The notes under the pieces: model-generated | The model's input: only the letters and a program-made list of their open reading frames with translations | The model's database searches: none | What the model was told of the DNA's origin: nothing | Shown here: positions 58,375-64,000 of the stretch, one piece after another | Layout of the letters: every line of letters begins with the position of its first letter | Numbering within the stretch: the first letter of the stretch is position 1 | Assembly: GCA_965220965.1 (NCBI GenBank) | Contig: OZ244852.1 | Coordinates: forward strand, 2,820,673 to 2,884,672 | DNA: 64,000 nucleotides | Reading direction: 5' to 3' | From: Candidatus Marinacidobacterium sp. | GTDB taxonomy: Bacteria > Acidobacteriota > Vicinamibacteria > Marinacidobacterales > Marinacidobacteraceae | Program-made: the position numbers and the translations under genes

Positions 58375-61300
58375 CGGAGCTTCCCTCGGTCCCCGCGGGC
58401 TGAGTCCTCGAGGAGCAGCCGCACGCCGGGTTCCACGTCCCGAAGCGACCGGCCGATCCGGAATCTGGCGCGGTCGTCCCCGGGCTCGTCGAGCAGGTCG
58501 CGCAGGAGCGGCTGGCCGGACGGGGCCTTGGGCTCGTGTCGCTGGTAGCCCAGCGCCACGCCGTCCTGGGCGTGTTCCCGGGCCACGCGGATCCAGGCAT
58601 CGAGCAACTCCTGAGTCCGCGCCTGCACGCTCCGCTCTCGCGCCTCCAGGTCCTCTGAATCGTCAATCCGCTGGTCGTCCAGACGGTCCACGAACGCGGC
58701 CCGGATCGAGTCCTCCAGACCGTCGCGAACCGCCTCGATGTGGCCAGCCGAAGCGGCGGGCGTCAGCGAGGGCTCGACATGCCGGGCCAGCGCCACCATC
58801 GCGCCGGCGAAGCCCCGGTCCATCGCCCGCGCCGAGAACGGCGTCACGCTCGCCCCTTCCACCGAGCGGTAGAAGGTCTCGTGGTAGTGCCGGAAGCGCT
58901 CGTAGTGCGAGCGGTCGCGCGGTTTGTGGACGTTGAGCAGCGTCACCACCAGCCCGGGGCGCTTGGCGTCGCGACCGACGCGGCTCGTGGCCTGGATGTA
59001 CTCGGAATGGGTTTTCGGCTGCCCGACGACGACGAGGAGGCCGAGCCGCGGAATGTCGAGGCCGACCGAAATCATGTTCGTGGCGATGGCCCAGCTCACC
59101 GCGTTACGCGGCTCCTTTCCGAAGGGGTGGTTCAGGCGCTTCCGCGCTTCGGCGACTTTTTCGGTGGAGACCCGCGAGGTGAGCTCCATGACTTCGTCCG
59201 GTCCCTTCCAGTCGGCGAAGAGGCCCTGCTCCTCGTTGATGCGCTTGCGCGACCCGTAGCCGGCCGCGGTGTTCTGGACCTCCTCCTCGATGATGCGCCG
59301 GCCGCCGCCCAGCTCGCGGAGCGCGTTGAAGTAGCAGAGTATGGTCAGGTAGGGGTCGGCGGGGTTCTCGTCCGCCGTCCGGTGCTCCCGGAAGGCTTTC
59401 CAGCCCGCCGCCGCCAGCGTGACCAGAACCCGCCGCACCACCATCCTCGGGTTCCGGCCCGGCGCGGCGATCCCCAGGTAGCGGCGGGCCAGGACTTCCG
59501 TTCCCGACGGGGTCGAAGCGAAGAAGGAGTCGCGCCGATCCGGGCCCGGCGGCGGGAACACGGCGGTCTGGGGTCGGCCGAAGAGCGCCTGGACCTGTTC
59601 CCCCGCCCGGTGCGCCGTCGCCGTGGAAGCCACCAGCTTTGGTCGCACCGTGGCTTCGCCGACGGGTCTCGAAGCGAGCGCGTCGATCGCGGTCTCGTAG
59701 AGCCCGGTCATCGTTCCGAGCGGCCCGGAGATCAGGTGGAGCTCGTCCTGGACGATGAGGTCGGGCGGCGGTAGCGGCGCCGGGAGTCGTTCGCGTCCGC
59801 GCGATTCGCCCTCGGCCGCCCCGTAGAAGCCGGCCCCGTCCCAGTGGGTGGCTCCACCCAGCAGCGCCCCCGACGCTCCCACCCACGGCAGCGAGGCGAA
59901 CTTGTCCACGGTGGCGATCAGGAACGCCGGCAGCCGCCGGTAGAGCGGTTCGTCCACCGCCACGATGGGCAGCGGGCGGTCCCCGCTGAACTCGCACCCG
60001 GGGCGCAGGCAGACGATCGACAGGTTGGTCGGGTGATGGGCGTCGGGTTCGAGCGAGAAGGAGTCGGGCTCCAGTTCCTGACGGCACCATGGGCACGCCG
60101 TTAGCGGGATCGGCGAGCGGCCCTTCCCCGACCCCTGCTGGTGTTTCAGCACCCAGCGGCGCGCCGTGCCGGGCGCCTTGTCGCCCTTGTGGCCCAGCCG
60201 GTTCGGCGTCGCCGCCTGGCCCACCCAGAGCCCGATCTCGAAGCGCCACGCGCCGTAACGCGCCGGGTTGCTCTCGCGCTCCAGTTCTAGGGCGCAGACG
60301 AGGCTCGCCGCCCGGTCGAGCTGATCGAAGGTCAGCAGCCGCAGCGTGTAGCGCATGATGACGCTCACGCCGGCCCCGGCCCGGCCCTCTGCCTCCGGGT
60401 GGCGCAACCGGCGCAGCACCATGGCGAACGCGGCGAGCCCGAGGTAGGCCTCGGTCTTGCCGCCGCCGGTCGGGAAGAAGAGCAGGTCGGCCACATCGCG
60501 GCGCGGGTCCTCCGGCTTGGCCAGCCCCGGGAGGTTCAGCAGCAGGAAGGCGATCTGGAAGGGACGCCACTTCGGATCGGAGACCTCGATCCGCCTCGAG
60601 AGCGCCTTCGCCACCGCCCGGTTCGCCATCCGGAAGGCGTCGAGGACATCGTCGTCCTGCGCCAGCAGTTCGATCCCGGCCTCGATCCGGTCGGCGGCGA
60701 GCCCGGCGTGGTGGAGCAGTTGTTCGGCGGTGTCCCGTCCCGCGGATGCGCTCGCCTCGTTCTTCCGGCGTTCGCTGGCGATCCAGCGCCGGTACTGCTC
60801 GACCAGCGGGAAGAGCTTCTCGCGGGCCGCCGCTCCATCCGGAACGGATCCCAGAGCGTTCATCGAGAGGTCCGCGCCGGGAACGTCGCGCGGCCGCATC
60901 GGGGGGACCTCGGTGCGGGGAATCCAGGTGGTCCATACCTCGCGGCATGCGCCCCCGGAATCGAGCTCCCAGTCCGCCGATACGCCGTGTCCGGTGGCGA
61001 ACTCGTGGGCGTCCGCATAGTGGAGGGCCGCCACGCGGGCTTCCCAGCCGCCGGCCGTCGACGGATCCGACCGGCCGACGAAAGGCTCATCGCACGCGAC
61101 CCGGAACGCTGCCTGGAACACGTCGCCCGAATCGCGCCTCGCGCCCTCGGCCGGGACGGGCCGCTCGTTCACCAGGAAGAGGGAGACCGCCCGGGTTCCG
61201 CGTGGCATGGCGTCCGCGCCGGAACCGGGGCTGTCGAAGCCGCGCTCGAGGGCGTGGATCACGAGCCCGCCCGAATCGGGGACCGGCGTCTCGCTCTCGC

Positions 61301-61775
61301 CTTCCTTCCCGAGGGCCAGGCGCACGTCCTCCCGCCGGGGGGTCCGGCGCCAGACCGACCGGGGCTTCCCGTCGCGATCCTTGGCTTCGGCGGATTGGGT
61401 CTTCTCGTACTCGCCCCAGGTCACGGCAACCCGAAGTTCCGAGGCCGTGGGCGCGACGAGGAAGCTGAGGCCGATCGACGACGGGAAGAAACCGCGCTTC
61501 GCCGCCTTCCAGTCTTCGCTCGACTCCTCGGGGAGACCGGCCCGATCGGGAACCTCCGCCGCCCCCGGGTCGTCGTCGGAGTCGTCCTCGGCCCGGTCCT
61601 CCGCTTTCGCTCCCTTCGGAACGAGGAAGCCGGTCAGGTACCAGTTCAGCGGGCGGACCCAGCCGGGTAGCTCCTCCCGGGCCAGGGGATGATCGGGGCC
61701 GGGTCCGATCAGGTTCAGGCGCAGCGCTTCCTCCAGGCGCTCCCGGACGGCGGCGGACGTTGCGGTCGGAGTCAT
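58371..61775 (-). CDS. drmA: DISARM SF2 helicase
   Basis: WRPFQIAF, FPTGGGKTEAY, RYTLRLLT, QDELH, ATNMISVGLDI, YIQATSRVGR, RDRSHYE. Confidence 0.93.
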   Translation of the reverse strand: MTPTATSAAVRERLEEALRLNLIGPGPDHPLAREELPGWVRPLNWYLTGFLVPKGAKAEDRAEDDSDDDPGAAEVPDRAGLPEESSEDWKAAKRGFFPSSIGLSFLVAPTASELRVAVTWGEYEKTQSAEAKDRDGKPRSVWRRTPRREDVRLALGKEGESETPVPDSGGLVIHALERGFDSPGSGADAMPRGTRAVSLFLVNERPVPAEGARRDSGDVFQAAFRVACDEPFVGRSDPSTAGGWEARVAALHYADAHEFATGHGVSADWELDSGGACREVWTTWIPRTEVPPMRPRDVPGADLSMNALGSVPDGAAAREKLFPLVEQYRRWIASERRKNEASASAGRDTAEQLLHHAGLAADRIEAGIELLAQDDDVLDAFRMANRAVAKALSRRIEVSDPKWRPFQIAFLLLNLPGLAKPEDPRRDVADLLFFPTGGGKTEAYLGLAAFAMVLRRLRHPEAEGRAGAGVSVIMRYTLRLLTFDQLDRAASLVCALELERESNPARYGAWRFEIGLWVGQAATPNRLGHKGDKAPGTARRWVLKHQQGSGKGRSPIPLTACPWCRQELEPDSFSLEPDAHHPTNLSIVCLRPGCEFSGDRPLPIVAVDEPLYRRLPAFLIATVDKFASLPWVGASGALLGGATHWDGAGFYGAAEGESRGRERLPAPLPPPDLIVQDELHLISGPLGTMTGLYETAIDALASRPVGEATVRPKLVASTATAHRAGEQVQALFGRPQTAVFPPPGPDRRDSFFASTPSGTEVLARRYLGIAAPGRNPRMVVRRVLVTLAAAGWKAFREHRTADENPADPYLTILCYFNALRELGGGRRIIEEEVQNTAAGYGSRKRINEEQGLFADWKGPDEVMELTSRVSTEKVAEARKRLNHPFGKEPRNAVSWAIATNMISVGLDIPRLGLLVVVGQPKTHSEYIQATSRVGRDAKRPGLVVTLLNVHKPRDRSHYERFRHYHETFYRSVEGASVTPFSARAMDRGFAGAMVALARHVEPSLTPAASAGHIEAVRDGLEDSIRAAFVDRLDDQRIDDSEDLEARERSVQARTQELLDAWIRVAREHAQDGVALGYQRHEPKAPSGQPLLRDLLDEPGDDRARFRIGRSLRDVEPGVRLLLEDSARGDRGKLR

Positions 61776-61984
61776 CAAACGCGCAGGTCGCTGCCGAAGA
61801 AGTAGCCGAATGGCGCGTGGGTCGCCCGGGCGAAGTCCTCCAGTTGGCGCAGCGTGGGCTGCGCCGTTCCAGCCTCCCACGCCTCGTAGCGGGGGAACCG
61901 TCGCGTCCGCGCGGCGTCGTCGAGGCCGCCGCGTTCGCACGCCCAGCGGAGCAGCTCGGCAGTCACGGGGACCCGCACCGTCAT
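61775..61984 (-). CDS. Small XRE-type HTH protein (resembles the HTH half of HTH-ImmA/IrrE peptidase fusions)
   Basis: ELLRWACER...WEAGTAQPTLRQLEDFARATHAPFGYFF. ATGA and TGATG overlaps with the flanking genes. Confidence 0.75.
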   Translation of the reverse strand: MTVRVPVTAELLRWACERGGLDDAARTRRFPRYEAWEAGTAQPTLRQLEDFARATHAPFGYFFGSDLRV

Positions 61985-64000
61985 CGCGCGCGTTCCTCGG
62001 CGGCGCGACGGGCGTTCAGGTCGAGGAGGCGGCCGAGCACTTCGTCCTGGACCTCATCGGGCCAACGGTAGCGGTACCGGCGCGCTTTCCGGCGGCTCGG
62101 GGATTCGGATTCTTCGGTGTCGGTGTGGACCGGGTGGAAGTCGCAGGCGGTCGGGATGTCGTCCCAGCCGTAGGCGTCGAGCACCGCCCGGTCCATGGCG
62201 TCGTGGAGTTCGCGGAGACGGAGGATGCGCGGGTCCGTCTCGTCCGGGTCGTGGAAGCGGTTGTAGGTCTTGGTCAGACCTTCCTGGTTCGCGACCATGC
62301 AGGCGGCACGAGAGGACGAATAGCACCCTCCCTTCGCATCGAGTGACGGCAGCGACGCCCAACGGGGCGGCAGCGGGAAGTTGTTGAAGCAGTCCTTTCC
62401 CGAGTACACGGGTCGGTCTTCCAGCGTCGAACCGAAGGTGCGACACCACAGCTCGTGGATGCGGCTCTGAAGACAGGCGAAGAATCCGTTTCGATCCTCA
62501 GCGAAGACGTAGAGGCGCTGGGAGTACACCATCGGTGTGGGCAAGAACGCGAAGGCGATATGCGAAGTGATCTGCGAGATGACCAGGACGCGGTCGACGG
62601 TTCGGACCGCCTCATCGAGTCCCCGCGCCCAGCCTCCGTGCCTCCACCATCGCGTCCGGCGCTCCCGGTTAATGCTGTTCTTTGGGGGGAGGCGCTCCCG
62701 CTCGGGCCGCACGCGCTGCTCGACGATCGCCAGCACCTCGGGCCAATCGGCCGCCACCGGGTCCGGATAGTCCAAAGGCACGATCCCGGTCCGAAGCCAT
62801 CCGCGTCGCTCGGTTTCGCTGGCGGTCTCCCACCGCCCCTCCAGATCTTCCCGGAGGAGCGGGTAGTCCCGGAAGTTGATCGCGTAGCGATGGTGGGCAT
62901 GGGTCGGGCTACTCACCACTTCCTTCCCGCCGATGTAGGGCTGGATCACTTCGGCGTTCCTGGGATCCGCGGCGAGAAGGCGCTCCCGTTCCGCCAGCGG
63001 GCTGGCGACCCCCTTGGCGTCGGTGTCGTCGAACGTGAACCCGACGCCGAGCAGGATCGTGCCCTGGAAGCTCCGATTGGCGTTCGCCCGCAACTTCTTC
63101 GGGCTCTCATGTCCACCCTTCGGAAACAGGAAGGCGGTGATCGTCGGCACGGCGACGCCGTCGAGCCGTCGCTCGACGCCGGGCGCCCCGCGCGACAGAT
63201 GGATCACGCTCACGACGACGGCGGCCTCCCCCGGCCACTCGTAGCGGCGGGTGGCGTCATAGATCTCGCCTCCGTTCGTGGCGATCCAGCGGAGCCCGGT
63301 GAAGCGCGTGTCGCCCTGCGAAATCGTGTTCGTGGCGATCAGGCCGAGACATCCGCCGTCGCGCAACAGCGCAAAGCCCCGCCGGAAGAAATGCGCCACC
63401 AGATCTGAGTTCCCGTGGCTCTCCGAGTCGACCTGCTTGAGCCAGTCGAGGTAGCGGGGCGGATTCCCCGCGTTCACCGTGTTCTTGCCGGCGAACGGCG
63501 GGTTGCCCACGAAGGCATCGAACCCCGGGTTCTTGCGGTCGAAGACTTCGGGGAACTCGATCTCCCAGTGGAAGGGGGCGAGCGGCGGATGCGCCTCGCG
63601 AAGCGCCTCGACGCCGGGCTGGAGCGTCTCCGCCTCCCCCTGGCTGATCGCGGCGGCCGCCTGCTTTCGCTTGGCTTCCCGGTCCGCGGCTTTTTCGCCC
63701 TCGAAGAAGCTGCCGACGACCAGGTCGGCGAAGAGGCGGACGCTCGCGAGCGCGCTCTCGCCGTCTTTCCAGAGCGCCCGGCGCGCGGTGTCGGAGACCT
63801 CGCTTCCGGCTTCGCGGATCTCCCTTCGCAGCCGGGTCACCTCCTCCAGGGCGCGCCGCGTTTCCTGGTGGGCGAAGAAGTCGGGCGCGCCTCCCGGGTT
63901 CCAATGGGCGCGTTCAATCTGGCCTCGCGAAAGCCCCACGAGCGAGTCGCCCCACTTCAGCGCGTGGTCGAGGAACGTCAGCGGGTGGTCCTTCGCGAGC
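61981..64000 (-). CDS. drmMI: DISARM class I adenine DNA methyltransferase (3' part; extends beyond the window)
   Basis: FHWEIEFPEVF, GFDAFVGNPPF, GLIATNTISQGDTR, GLTKTYNRFHDP, YRWPDEVQDEVLGRLLDLN. The frame is open to the window edge. Confidence 0.9.
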   Translation of the reverse strand, partial: LAKDHPLTFLDHALKWGDSLVGLSRGQIERAHWNPGGAPDFFAHQETRRALEEVTRLRREIREAGSEVSDTARRALWKDGESALASVRLFADLVVGSFFEGEKAADREAKRKQAAAAISQGEAETLQPGVEALREAHPPLAPFHWEIEFPEVFDRKNPGFDAFVGNPPFAGKNTVNAGNPPRYLDWLKQVDSESHGNSDLVAHFFRRGFALLRDGGCLGLIATNTISQGDTRFTGLRWIATNGGEIYDATRRYEWPGEAAVVVSVIHLSRGAPGVERRLDGVAVPTITAFLFPKGGHESPKKLRANANRSFQGTILLGVGFTFDDTDAKGVASPLAERERLLAADPRNAEVIQPYIGGKEVVSSPTHAHHRYAINFRDYPLLREDLEGRWETASETERRGWLRTGIVPLDYPDPVAADWPEVLAIVEQRVRPERERLPPKNSINRERRTRWWRHGGWARGLDEAVRTVDRVLVISQITSHIAFAFLPTPMVYSQRLYVFAEDRNGFFACLQSRIHELWCRTFGSTLEDRPVYSGKDCFNNFPLPPRWASLPSLDAKGGCYSSSRAACMVANQEGLTKTYNRFHDPDETDPRILRLRELHDAMDRAVLDAYGWDDIPTACDFHPVHTDTEESESPSRRKARRYRYRWPDEVQDEVLGRLLDLNARRAAEERAR

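Overview
High-GC bacterial chromosomal window. An Oar-type TonB receptor and the DUF1844/ribF/mazG synteny suggest Acidobacteriota (inference). Left to right: (1) 1-6 kb: enzymes (VPS10-like beta-propeller, D-amino-acid dehydrogenase with a duplicated 3' end and no canonical start codon, DinB, methyltransferase, esterase, trmB). (2) 6-11 kb: accessory patch (AlbA/HATPase/wHTH protein, ~185-bp MITE, helically phased 10-11-bp repeats, orphan AbrB-like and AbiEi antitoxins, AAA_14/DUF4143 ATPase). (3) 11-30 kb: TonB receptor, secreted peptidases and an amidase, and a putative aromatic-amine catabolic operon (GS-like ligase, Thr-less P450, ADC-family protein, extradiol dioxygenase) interrupted by an AAA ATPase. 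(4) 30-41 kb: ECF-sigma-led two-permease RND operon, metB-like gene and a probable 6S RNA. (5) 41.5-44.7 kb: a non-coding modular repeat mosaic next to the tRNA Gly-Cys-Leu cluster, built from modules resembling IS21 ends, IS3 ends and palindromic sites; this is the most unusual feature. (6) 45-55 kb: housekeeping/Rsb operon, mazG and a polar amino-acid ABC transporter. (7) 55.8-64 kb: class I DISARM (drmMI-drmA-drmB-drmC) with a small XRE-HTH gene coupled inside it. Most long ORFs in the supplied track are GC-rich antisense or shadow frames. All family calls are by motif recognition; no searches were run.
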